A program made the position numbers and the translations under genes. The notes below the pieces were generated by a model. It saw nothing but the letters and a program-made list of their open reading frames with translations. It searched no databases and was not told the DNA's origin. From positions 30,266 through 94,265 of the forward strand of contig JBAYHD010000003.1 in the NCBI GenBank assembly GCA_041666305.1: a DNA stretch of 64,000 bases. The letters run 5' to 3'. Every line of letters begins with the position of its first letter. Position 1 is the first letter of the stretch. Shown piece after piece: positions 20,953 through 29,891 of this stretch. The DNA is from Minisyncoccota bacterium. Its GTDB lineage: Bacteria; Patescibacteriota; Minisyncoccia; Phycocordibacterales; Phycocordibacteraceae.

Positions 20953-21708
20953 ATGCGTACACTTAAAATGATAGGAATTGTCGGCGCCGCCGCGGCAGTT
21001 CTGCTTTCGGGGACCGTTGCGTTTGCCGAAGGAAAGACGGAGACCCGTGCGGCTACCGCCACAACGACGTGGGGAGAAAAGGGCGACTATCGCGCGATGA
21101 TGGCATCGTCGACACAGAAGCGCATGCAGGAAATGCGCGAGGAATCAAAAACGCGCATGACGTCGCTGAAAGAAAAGATGGCGAAGCGCGTTTCAGACAT
21201 TGAAGACAAGGTGAAGAAGGAGGCGGCAAAGAATATTGCCGAGCAATTCGAGAATCTCAACACAGTGTGGACCGACAAGTTCATGAATCAGTTGGATCGC
21301 TATGTCATCATTGTGCAGAAGATGCAGGCGCGAGCGAGCATTGCCGCAAGCACCGGCAAGGATGTGACGGCGGCAGATGCGGCTATTCAGTCCGCGCTCT
21401 CGGCGCTTGCAACCGCAAAAGCGGATGTGGTTGCGCAGGCGGCGAAGACGTACGCTGTGGACACGACGGCGTTCCCGACCGTCTCGACGACCACGCCAAG
21501 CGGTCAGACGAAAATAATGCAGGAGTTCCGAAAGTCATTCCAGACTCTGCACACAACACTCTTCAAGGATCTCTTCGCGCTCCGTGACGGTCCGATGAAA
21601 GACGCTCGCACGGCAGTACAGGCTGCGCTTCAGGCGCTCGGCCAGGTTCCCGGAGTAGATGAAGATAAGAACGAGAATGCGACTTCGACCGAAAAGTCGA
21701 ATCAGTAA
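20953..21708 (+). CDS. secreted helical/coiled-coil protein
   Basis: Signal peptide (AFA); Ala/Lys/Glu-rich helical body. Confidence 0.8.
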   Translation: MRTLKMIGIVGAAAAVLLSGTVAFAEGKTETRAATATTTWGEKGDYRAMMASSTQKRMQEMREESKTRMTSLKEKMAKRVSDIEDKVKKEAAKNIAEQFENLNTVWTDKFMNQLDRYVIIVQKMQARASIAASTGKDVTAADAAIQSALSALATAKADVVAQAAKTYAVDTTAFPTVSTTTPSGQTKIMQEFRKSFQTLHTTLFKDLFALRDGPMKDARTAVQAALQALGQVPGVDEDKNENATSTEKSNQ

Positions 21709-21725
21709 TCCCTAAACAAATCACT

Positions 21726-21980
21726 ATGGACTATCAAAATACAGATCAGGGTTCCTCGGCGAAAATGTGGTGGATTATCGGCGGTCTCGTCGTTCTGGCG
21801 GTTGCCGGATGGTACTTCTACGGCGGCAAAACGTCGGCTCCGAGTGCACAGACCTCGGCGGTCTCGCAATCGGCGAACACGACCGCTGCCATCGCGGACG
21901 AGCTCAATGCAGTACCGGATGTCTCGGCAGGACTCACGGCAGACCAGGCGGCATCCGCTCAAGTAGTCTCGGGATTCTAG
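21726..21980 (+). CDS. small single-TM protein
   Basis: WWIIGGLVVLAVAGWYF TM segment; terminator hairpin follows at ~21998-22025. Confidence 0.7.
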   Translation: MDYQNTDQGSSAKMWWIIGGLVVLAVAGWYFYGGKTSAPSAQTSAVSQSANTTAAIADELNAVPDVSAGLTADQAASAQVVSGF

Positions 21981-22028
21981 CGAAATCGTGCGAAACGAAA
22001 AATCGCCGGCTCTCCGGCGATTTTTCTT

Positions 22029-22673
22029 TTACGGATAATTCCTCCCATCCCCGGTTATGGGTATGATATCGCCGAGGAATTTCGGCCTCGTATGAAAGAA
22101 AAGGTCGAATGCGGCTTTTTCGTCGGAAAACACTTCGCGGAAATAATTGTGGAAAAGAATATTACCGACATCGGTGTTGACCCCGTACGCCTGAAGTCCC
22201 AGTTCGCGCGCGATGAAGATTGCGCGGGGTAAATGAAATGATTGCGTCGTGACGAGAACGGAAGTAACGCCGAAGATGTCTCGCGCGCGATACAGGGTGC
22301 TGTACGTGTCGAAACCCGCGTGGTCGAGGAATATGTCCTGGTCCGGGATGCCTTTGCTCAAAAGATACAGCCGGACCGGATTCACTTCGTTGTGGCTAAG
22401 AGTGCTGTTGTCGCCGGAGACGAGTATTTTCGATACTTTCCACATTTTGTACAACTCGATAGCCGCGTCCACGCGATCTGTGAAAATGGGGGAGGGCTTG
22501 CCGTTCGCGAGTATTGCCGCGCCGGGGATGAGCGCCACTTGGGCGCTCGGAGCGTCAGCGGCGCTCGCGTATATATACGGCTTTGTCGTCACATGGAAAA
22601 TCACATTGGTGGCAATGATGAATATGATCAAGAGCCCGAAACTCCATGCGATAAAATATAAAACGCGCTTCAT
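22029..22673 (-). CDS. SanA/ElyC/YdcF (DUF218) family protein
   Basis: ILVSGDN, DHAGFDTY and TQSFHLPRA motifs. Confidence 0.9.
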   Translation of the reverse strand: MKRVLYFIAWSFGLLIIFIIATNVIFHVTTKPYIYASAADAPSAQVALIPGAAILANGKPSPIFTDRVDAAIELYKMWKVSKILVSGDNSTLSHNEVNPVRLYLLSKGIPDQDIFLDHAGFDTYSTLYRARDIFGVTSVLVTTQSFHLPRAIFIARELGLQAYGVNTDVGNILFHNYFREVFSDEKAAFDLFFHTRPKFLGDIIPITGDGRNYP

Positions 22674-22738
22674 CCTCCGAGTATACGCTTATTTGCTGGC
22701 CGTCTGGTACGACGTGGGAACCACTTTAACTCAAGATT

Positions 22739-23740
22739 TTACTCCTGTCTGCTTATTACGACATTGATAAAATCTTTTGTTGCTTGGCTTACAGTGGTCT
22801 TGTAAGGCGTTCCATATCTATAATCATCTGGATACTTTGCTGGATTTGCTACCACCTCTCTACGACAACTTTGAAGTTTTGGATCGTTTGTAATTTTTGA
22901 TTCTATTGCTTGTGTATCAATCGTAGTTGTACTAGTTGTTGATTTAAAAATCCAAAGGGGATCACTCATATTTACCACCCTTTGGGGGATATAGCTGTTA
23001 TATAAGTCATCATGAATTTTTTTACATGCTACTTCGAACATCCCAAGATTGTTTGCTACTAATAGACCGAAATATGTTTTGACATCTAGCCCAGTGAAAG
23101 TATTTTTATAAACCTCGGCAAAATCTTCTGCGGGAGACAAATTCCAATTTGAACCGTATCGTGGAGTTCCACTAGCAATCTCTCTAAGTTGATAATATTT
23201 TGTCCATTCGGCATCGGTTAAAGTGCTACCGATAGCGTGCCCTAGTTCGTGGGTAAGAACATCATTTAATGAACCCTTGGCCAGTATTTCTTTGTTCAAA
23301 TAAATGATAGCGCCGCCTGACTCGTATGTTACGTAAACGCCACCTTCATAAAGAAAGCCGGAACCGAAATCCATCACATTCATGTTTCCCCACGGTGTCG
23401 CTATGTATTGTCCTGATTTAAGTGCGAGACTGTTTACAAATACGATTGGAATTTTCGCTAAAATGCTTTTTGGAAACCTCGAATTGTAAGCTGTCCGAGT
23501 CATTTCTTCTTTTAAGGTGTCATCTATAAATACAGCATTTGGACTATCTATTTGACCGAGATAGAGAGTGTAACCGACATTATTGATTTGTTGAAGATTT
23601 ATTTCTTTTGTTTTATCTATAGCCGATATTTTCCCAAGTACAGATTCAAATGGATTCGGATGAGATAGAAAAGTAACATCGTAATAAACTGCAAAGCCAC
23701 CAATGACAAGAAGAGTGAAAAGGGTGATCCATTCTTTCAT
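22739..23740 (-). CDS. membrane-anchored HExxH zinc metallopeptidase-like protein
   Basis: N-terminal TM segment; LTHELGH and EDFAE; AT-rich. Confidence 0.7.
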   Translation of the reverse strand: MKEWITLFTLLVIGGFAVYYDVTFLSHPNPFESVLGKISAIDKTKEINLQQINNVGYTLYLGQIDSPNAVFIDDTLKEEMTRTAYNSRFPKSILAKIPIVFVNSLALKSGQYIATPWGNMNVMDFGSGFLYEGGVYVTYESGGAIIYLNKEILAKGSLNDVLTHELGHAIGSTLTDAEWTKYYQLREIASGTPRYGSNWNLSPAEDFAEVYKNTFTGLDVKTYFGLLVANNLGMFEVACKKIHDDLYNSYIPQRVVNMSDPLWIFKSTTSTTTIDTQAIESKITNDPKLQSCRREVVANPAKYPDDYRYGTPYKTTVSQATKDFINVVISRQE

Positions 23741-23749
23741 GGTACACGC

Positions 23750-23800
23750 TAACTATAGTATGTAGACCCATAGTGAGCAACTTCATACCCTTTGGGTATG
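23750..23800 (+). promoter_or_regulatory. C-box-like operator plus palindrome at the start of the XRE gene
   Basis: TAAC-TAT-AGTA-TGTA-GACC-CAT-AGTG resembles GACT-N3-AGTC-TGTR-GACT-N3-AGTC; CATACCC-TTT-GGGTATG overlaps the ATG. Confidence 0.5.
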
Positions 23801-24013
23801 GGTACAGCTCCACGAATATTGATGCGCTTTGGAGAACGAGTCCGAACTGAGCGGATGAGGCGCGGTCTTTCTCAAGAAGAATTAGGTGAGAAAGCAGGCG
23901 TTCATCGAACGTATGTTGGTATGATAGAACGTGGTGAAAAGAACATAACTCTCTTAAATATTGAGAAATTTTCTCGTGCGTTAGGAGTAAGAATCTCGGT
24001 TCTGGTGGATTAA
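23798..24013 (+). CDS. XRE-family HTH regulator (RM controller C-protein-like)
   Basis: LSQEELGEKAGVHRTYVGMIERGEKNITLLNI. Confidence 0.9.
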   Translation: MGTAPRILMRFGERVRTERMRRGLSQEELGEKAGVHRTYVGMIERGEKNITLLNIEKFSRALGVRISVLVD

Positions 24014-24160
24014 AAAGACACAAAGTCGAATTATGTACAGCGACTTGCATTGGTTTGGGCAAGTTATATTCTTACGCGGCGGTCGGCGTTCATACAAAAA
24101 CGCCTAAACCGTAGCAAACACAGCAGTTGTAGTTGTTGCGTCCATACAGGTCAAAACTGT

Positions 24161-24466
24161 ATGACAGACGCCCGAAGTCCCTTCGGCCTGTCGGGAGAGG
24201 TTGAATCTGGACGATCAGGAAAGTATCCCAAAAAGCTCGTAGACGAGTGCATCCTTGTTTTTAAAGATGAGGACGACGTTTCCTTATCCGAAGAAGAAGC
24301 AGGGCAGATTTTAGATTCTCTAGGAGGGTTGTTTTTGGCGTTTGCAGACGCTAGTGAGAGAAAGGGGGCGGGAGGTGGTGACGGCTTAAGCCGCGCCACC
24401 GCCCGCCCTTTCGATTTGGGTGGTGCGTTGGGCTCTGACTTGATATCCCCTCACAGTTGTAAATGA
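24161..24466 (+). CDS. small hypothetical protein of the element
   Basis: ORF immediately upstream of rep; its 3' end overlaps the putative origin. Confidence 0.55.
   Translation: MTDARSPFGLSGEVESGRSGKYPKKLVDECILVFKDEDDVSLSEEEAGQILDSLGGLFLAFADASERKGAGGGDGLSRATARPFDLGGALGSDLISPHSCK
24361..24446 (+). other. putative double-strand origin (rolling-circle nick site)
   Basis: GC-rich stem-loop 24361-24411, then ACTTGATAT (CTTGATA at 24439-24445, phiX174/pC194-type) 27 nt before rep. Confidence 0.6.
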
Positions 24467-24472
24467 AATCTC

Positions 24473-25213
24473 ATGTATGTCATTTACAGAAAATTCGGGA
24501 AAACAGTCGAAATCACGGAGTACGAAAGGAAACCGAAAAAAGTACGCGTACACAGTACCCGAAAGAGGGGTGCTACATACGGTCTTCGGCGACCCGATAA
24601 TATTCGACGGACGAGAAAGATATGTATGCGGCGCGTGTCTTCTGCTCTTGAAGAACTTGGAAGTCCGCTCTTGGTTAGCCTCACCTTTCGTGGGGATGCG
24701 TCTGACGCCTCATATGCAAATGATTCCCTTCGTTATTTCCAAGTGCGGTTGCGAGCTGAGTTTCCTGAAGCGCAATCTCTCTTTATTCCCGAACTCTCCC
24801 CACGTGGACGAATCCACTTCCACGGCCTTTTATTTAACGTGCCGTTGTCTCTCGGAGATACGCGCATTGGTCGAAAGCGACTTCAGGACGGCATGGAGCG
24901 CAAAACACGAGTGCTCGCTGGATTATGGGGAGAGGGTTTCGTTGACGCTCTCAAGGCTGACGGCTCTCCAAAACTGGCAAGTTACATCAGCAAGTACATT
25001 ACCAAAGGTGGAGGACAAATTATCTTCAACGCCATGAGACTTCTGCGTATATCCCACGGGTTTCCACGGGAGATCGTTGTTAGAGACGAGTTAGTTGCTG
25101 GTAAACTCCGCGACAAGTATGCTACCCAGAAGCCCGATAAGGAATGGGAGGGTGGAAAAGAATTTGCAGTCTTCCTCGGAAAAATCACCAAGAAAACCTA
25201 TTATTTAAAATGA
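24473..25213 (+). CDS. HUH rolling-circle replication initiator
   Basis: Motif I LVSLTF, motif II IHFHGL, motif III YISKY. Confidence 0.85.
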   Translation: MYVIYRKFGKTVEITEYERKPKKVRVHSTRKRGATYGLRRPDNIRRTRKICMRRVSSALEELGSPLLVSLTFRGDASDASYANDSLRYFQVRLRAEFPEAQSLFIPELSPRGRIHFHGLLFNVPLSLGDTRIGRKRLQDGMERKTRVLAGLWGEGFVDALKADGSPKLASYISKYITKGGGQIIFNAMRLLRISHGFPREIVVRDELVAGKLRDKYATQKPDKEWEGGKEFAVFLGKITKKTYYLK

Positions 25214-26725
25214 GATACCTGATCTACTCCAGAAAATCATCAGAATCCGAAGACCGGCAGGTTCTCTCTATTCCCGCCCAGTTAAACGAGCTTGGCGATA
25301 TTGCTACTCGTGAGGGCTTTGACGTAGCCACGACGTATCAAGAGAGTATGTCGGCTAAGGCTTCGGGGCGACCAGTTTTCAACGAACTACTGAAAGTCAT
25401 TGAGAGGGGTAAGGGATATTCTCTGCTGGTTTGGAATGTAGACCGTCTTGCACGAAACATGGTAGACGGTGGAATGATTTTGGAACTCATGGACAAGAAA
25501 AAGATTATTGAAATACGCACGTATGAGAAAACCTATCGCAATACGCCGGACGATAAGTTTATGATGAGTTTGAGTTTCGGCATTGCGAAAAAGTATGTGG
25601 ACGATTTGAGTGTGAATGTGAAGCGCGGGAATACGGAGAAACTAAAACGCGGTGAATGGCCGAATCATGCCCCATTTGGATATTTGAATGACAGTACAAC
25701 GAAGTCGGTTGTGATTGACCCTGACCGCAGTCGCTATGTTCCCCGCATTTATGAACTCTATTCAGCTGGTAGCCATAGCTTCGGAAGCATTGCTGATTTG
25801 CTATACGAAACAGGATTGCGTACGAACTCGGGAAGAAAAGTATTGAAGAGTCATATTCAGCGCATATTGAGCAGTCGTTTTTATACTGGCGTTATGGAAC
25901 GGGACGGAAAATTATACGAGGGCAAGTATAAACCGCTTATCTCAAAGAAAACATTTGATGATGCACAAGAAGTTATGTCTGGCTTCACGACCGCGCGCAA
26001 AGTCTAATACACTTTTCTTTCCGCTTCGCGGTTTCCTTACCTGCGAGACGTGCGGATGTATGCTCACCGCTTCGCTCAAAAAGGGACACCAGTATTATTA
26101 CTGCACGAACGGCAAGGGTAAATGTACAGCACACAAGAAATACATGCGTGAAGAGTATTTGTACGAGAAAGTAGGCGACCTCTTCAAGAACCTTGCTTTT
26201 ACCGAGCGCAAAATTGAGCTTATGTACCAAGCGGCTAAATCAAAAGCGGAGCAAGACGGGAGTGAGACAACCCAAAACCTAGAGATACTGCGTAAACGCT
26301 TTAACGCACTCCCAGAGCGCGAATCTCGCCTCCTAGACACATTCCTCGCCGAGCAGACGACTCAAGAACTCTATGACAAGAAATCAGCCGAATTGAAACA
26401 CGAGCGCATTGATCTACAGAATCAGATTAAAACTCTAGAAACAGGACAACCCGCTTTTACTTTGGAACCGACTAAACAGGTATTTCTACAAGGCAGTAGA
26501 GCCACGAAAGAGTTTTTGGAAGCGGGCGAAATGAAAAAACGAGTAATCGTAGAAAAATTACTTTGGAACCTTTCTTTTGCAAACGGAGAAATGGCGCAGA
26601 TACAATACAAAAGTCCGTATCACATACTCGCAAAAATCCCTAAAAACGCCTCAAATTCCATGTTGCTGCGGGACAGGGATTCGAACCCCGGTGACGACTT
26701 TCAGAGAGTCGCATCCTACCGCTAG
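25210..26725 (+). pseudogene. large serine recombinase, frameshifted near 25981-25985
   Basis: YSRKS catalytic Ser, DRLAR and recombinase domain in one frame; Zn ribbon (CETCG, YYYC) and coiled coil continue in the +1 frame. Confidence 0.85.
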
Positions 26726-26736
26726 ATGATCCCGCA
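26666..26736 (-). tRNA. tRNA-Gln (CTG)
   Basis: Reverse complement reads TGCGGGA...TCCCGCA-G with CGACT-CTCTGAA-AGTCG. Confidence 0.92.
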
Positions 26737-26821
26737 ATAACGCGACGCGAAGCGCCGCGCGCTATCTGCACGATACTGGAAATCTCGAGTTTATTCAACA
26801 CAATGGGCTGACGAAAAGCGT

Positions 26822-27565
26822 ATGATGAGTGAAATGTATTTTGTATACATAATGAAGTGCAAAGATGGCTCTTTGTATACCGGCATTACCACCGACGTTG
26901 AGCGGCGTTTCAGGGAGCATAAGAGCGGTGTGGGTGGCCATTACACTCGCGCAAAACAAGCGGTGAAGGTCGTGTACACCGAACAACGTCTGGACAGATC
27001 GTCGGCCTCCAGAAGGGAAGCGGAAATAAAAAGTTGGCCCAGAGAAAAGAAACTTGATTTGATCAAATCAAAAAATCGCATGCGCCTCACTATGCAGGAA
27101 AAGAGGGAATTGGCGGTGAAGAAGTCCCGAAATGGCCGAGGGATATTCGCGCGAAGAAATTTTTTGCCCGGCGAAACTATTTTTGAAGTGACGGGCGCAT
27201 TCGTCACTTGTAATGAAGACGACGATATGGACGAAGAGACGCGCGCGAACACCTATCGCTATGATGAAGACAAGTACATCAGCCCGCAGGGAAGGATGGG
27301 TGACTTCTTGAATCATTCGTGCGAGCCGAATGCGAGAGTCGTGAAAAAGGACGGGCGACTGTTCATCGTCGCTGTCGTCGCAGTTGCGAAAGGAGAGGAG
27401 GTTGTCATCGATTACTCAACCATCACCGCGCCCGATGATAGTTGGGAGATGCAGTGCAATTGCGGCACCCCGAAATGCCGAGGCATCATCAGGAAATTCA
27501 ATTCGTTGCCGTTAATAACGAGAAAGAGGTATCGCGCTCTCGGCATGGTCCCGAAATACGGCTAA
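26822..27565 (+). CDS. GIY-YIG nuclease fused to SET domain
   Basis: YFVYI..GSLYTG..RR..H (UPF0213-like), then GRGIFA, NHSCEPN, IDY and post-SET CNCGTPKCRG. Confidence 0.85.
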   Translation: MMSEMYFVYIMKCKDGSLYTGITTDVERRFREHKSGVGGHYTRAKQAVKVVYTEQRLDRSSASRREAEIKSWPREKKLDLIKSKNRMRLTMQEKRELAVKKSRNGRGIFARRNFLPGETIFEVTGAFVTCNEDDDMDEETRANTYRYDEDKYISPQGRMGDFLNHSCEPNARVVKKDGRLFIVAVVAVAKGEEVVIDYSTITAPDDSWEMQCNCGTPKCRGIIRKFNSLPLITRKRYRALGMVPKYG

Positions 27566-27585
27566 AAAGCCCCTCCCGGAAGGGC

Positions 27586-27642
27586 TTGACCTTATTTTGA
27601 GGTGGATGTAGTATGGCCTTAATCGACCCGAAAGGCCGATTT
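27586..27642 (+). promoter_or_regulatory. promoter plus conserved 5' leader hairpin, copy 1
   Basis: TTGACC-17-TAGTAT, then AATCGACCCGAAAGGCCGATTT. Confidence 0.7.
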
Positions 27643-27706
27643 CGCTTTTATCCCCCTTGGGACACAGGCGATGTACATTCAACCAACCAACGAAAAGGAG
27701 CTTTAC

Positions 27707-28003
27707 GTGAAAAAACGTTTCTACGGCAATCTCATCCCGATGATCCTGGCCAGCGGCGTTCCCGGCAATATCGATGCCTCGAAGTTGCCCAAAAAGGACT
27801 GGACGGTCCATTCCGGCCATGCCCCCGTCGCCAAGGAAGAGGTGCACTCGCTGATGTCCCAGAAGATCGCGGGAACCAAGACCTTGCTGCTCCAGGCCGA
27901 ATCCGGCGCCAAGTTCTCGGTGACCCAGGCCGAAGCCGAAGTGTTTGCCGCTGACTACCTGACGAGCATCGGCTACAAGGTGCAGGCACCGCAACAGGCC
28001 TAG
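27707..28003 (+). CDS. hypothetical protein
   Basis: GTG start with AAGGAG upstream; alternative ATG at 27671. Confidence 0.65.
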   Translation: MKKRFYGNLIPMILASGVPGNIDASKLPKKDWTVHSGHAPVAKEEVHSLMSQKIAGTKTLLLQAESGAKFSVTQAEAEVFAADYLTSIGYKVQAPQQA

Positions 28004-28086
28004 GCCGGCGCTGGCGCGAAGCCAGAAAGAAATTCTTATCGATGTGCAGGCGGTTTCCCTCCGGGGGAGCTGCCTGTTTTCTTTTG

Positions 28087-28143
28087 TTGACAGTATTTCT
28101 ATAACAGGTTAGTATGGGCTCAATCGACCCGAAAGGCCGATTT
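28087..28143 (+). promoter_or_regulatory. promoter plus conserved 5' leader hairpin, copy 2
   Basis: TTGACA-17-TAGTAT, then the identical 22-mer. Confidence 0.7.
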
Positions 28144-28208
28144 TGCATTTTTCCGCGCCCTTTTAGGGAAGGCAAAAACTGATCATTAACCGAAAAGAGA
28201 GGGAGTGT

Positions 28209-28388
28209 ATGAAGGAAGATTTGAAAAAGCGCGCATTTGTTCCGGCATGGCTGTTGGGGACGATACACGATCCGACGTATGAAAATAACGAAGCTTCAAG
28301 CAAGGCTGAGGAATCACCCGCAGTCAAGCATGTGGAACGTTCAGGCAACACTGTCGTAGCCTTCCCAAAGAAGCTTCGCGCGGCCTAG
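28209..28388 (+). CDS. 59-aa small protein (below ORF-track cutoff)
   Basis: GAGGGAG SD; MKEDLKKRAF...NTVVAFPKKLRAA*; hairpin follows. Confidence 0.55.
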   Translation: MKEDLKKRAFVPAWLLGTIHDPTYENNEASSKAEESPAVKHVERSGNTVVAFPKKLRAA

Positions 28389-28457
28389 GTCGCAGAACCC
28401 ACACCACAGGCAATCCCGCGCGGATTGCCTGTTTTATTTTTGGCGTATACTGGAAGG

Positions 28458-28967
28458 ATGAAAACATCTATGGTCGTTTGGGCGGTCGTCGGGATTGTTA
28501 TTGCAGTTGGGGCGTGGTACTGGATGAACGCGAGAACGCCGGCGGCTCCGACGTATATCATCAATGGCCAATCGGTGACGCTCATAAACGGCCGCGCAGA
28601 AACTCCCGCCGCGCCCGGTTCGGCGTCAAAAGTGGTGACCCAATACTTCGGCAACGTCGCGACCGGAGACCTGAGCGGCGATGGCGCGCCCGATGTTGCT
28701 TTTCTTGTCACGCAAAACAGCGGAGGGAGCGGAACCTTTTATTATGTCGTTGCAACGCTCGTGAATGCAGATGGCAGTTACCGAGGCACGAATGCGGTCC
28801 TGCTCGGAGACCGCATCGCTCCGCAAACGACCGAGATACGCAATGGAGAGATCATCGTCAATTACGCGGAGCGCAAAGCAGGCGAGCCGATGACTGCCAA
28901 GCCATCGGTTGGCGTGAGCAAGTATTTGAAAGTGATGGGAACTGTGCTTGCCGAAGTAAAACCGTAA
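28458..28967 (+). CDS. membrane-anchored secreted protein
   Basis: TM segment; GDLSGDGAPD, GGSGTFYY and LGDRI motifs; TATACT 6 nt upstream. Confidence 0.75.
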   Translation: MKTSMVVWAVVGIVIAVGAWYWMNARTPAAPTYIINGQSVTLINGRAETPAAPGSASKVVTQYFGNVATGDLSGDGAPDVAFLVTQNSGGSGTFYYVVATLVNADGSYRGTNAVLLGDRIAPQTTEIRNGEIIVNYAERKAGEPMTAKPSVGVSKYLKVMGTVLAEVKP

Positions 28968-29028
28968 ATAAATACAAAGGGCTGCAATTCGCTTCGCGAA
29001 TTGCAGCCCGGCCGCATACGGCCATTCT

Positions 29029-29433
29029 TCACACCTTCGTCCCTTTGGCGAGGCAGGGCAGTCCCGCCTTGTAGTCCTCCACATTCATCTTGAGAATGAA
29101 CGGCGTGTCCATCCTCCCATTCAGGATGATAACCATCGGAGTTTTCAGTTTCTTGTCTATTGAGACGACGACCCGGTCCATCGTGACAAAGGCCGAAGTC
29201 TCACGCGAATAACCGAGCATGCTCCTCTCGAAAATGAAGTGGACGATTTTTCCTTCGGTGGATTCGCCGGCGGCGAAATAATCGCCGCATGACTTCCAGT
29301 ACTCGTTGTTCTTCATCGCGTCCTTGATGCCCGTCGCAAGTGAGACGATCCGATGCGTTTCTTCGGCGCTTTCCGCCGAACTCGGCATCAAGACGACGAA
29401 CCACAACAGCAAACCGAGAACGAAGTATCTCAT
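29029..29433 (-). CDS. secreted hypothetical protein
   Basis: Signal peptide; GGGAGG SD; overlaps the upstream gene by 4 nt. Confidence 0.65.
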   Translation of the reverse strand: MRYFVLGLLLWFVVLMPSSAESAEETHRIVSLATGIKDAMKNNEYWKSCGDYFAAGESTEGKIVHFIFERSMLGYSRETSAFVTMDRVVVSIDKKLKTPMVIILNGRMDTPFILKMNVEDYKAGLPCLAKGTKV

Positions 29434-29747
29434 GGTCCCTCCCTTTGGTTGGTCACGGTTACGGTCCCTTTCTTCAACGCGCTTGCGAGAGTCGGCTTCT
29501 TCTTATCCAAGAACGGCCATTTCCTCACCGGTCCGTGCCGGCCCTCTCGGTACCACACCTTGAAAACCAGCTGGCCCGACCTCCGATTCTTTTTCAATTC
29601 CGTGATGAACCGATAGTCGCACAGCCAGAGCGGACGCTTCACGCCGTCGATACAAAGCACGGGTTTTGCGTTCTCCGCCGGCAATTCACCTGCGATGACT
29701 TCGTTAGTGTGGCCGGTAGCTTCCACATACCAGATCTTGTTCGACAT
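29430..29747 (-). CDS. hypothetical protein
   Basis: AGGAGGT SD upstream. Confidence 0.65.
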   Translation of the reverse strand: MSNKIWYVEATGHTNEVIAGELPAENAKPVLCIDGVKRPLWLCDYRFITELKKNRRSGQLVFKVWYREGRHGPVRKWPFLDKKKPTLASALKKGTVTVTNQREGP

Positions 29748-29891
29748 TCGGCACCTCCTTCGGGTTGGTCAATTTTGTTCCAAATGCACTATATCCTCTG
29801 TGCACCTTTTGTCAAATAATTCAGGCAGATTGAACCCGGGAAGAGCGGGTATATACTTATTGGCATTGGCAATAACCAATTCCCAATACGT

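Larger units (their letters stand above)
22693..26668. mobile_element. ~3.97-kb integrative rolling-circle element at the tRNA-Gln 3' end
   Basis: TTGCTG core at 22693-22698 and 26663-26668; lower GC; encodes HUH Rep, serine recombinase, XRE regulator and HExxH protein. Confidence 0.8.

Noticed and set aside
22249-22767. 172-aa + strand ORF
   Set aside because: Antisense to sanA; only its last 24 codons are meaningful, as the attP-encoded recombinase tail.
22693-26668. Inovirus or microvirus prophage
   Set aside because: HUH Rep is present, but there is no Zot-like ATPase, coat or capsid gene within the att boundaries.
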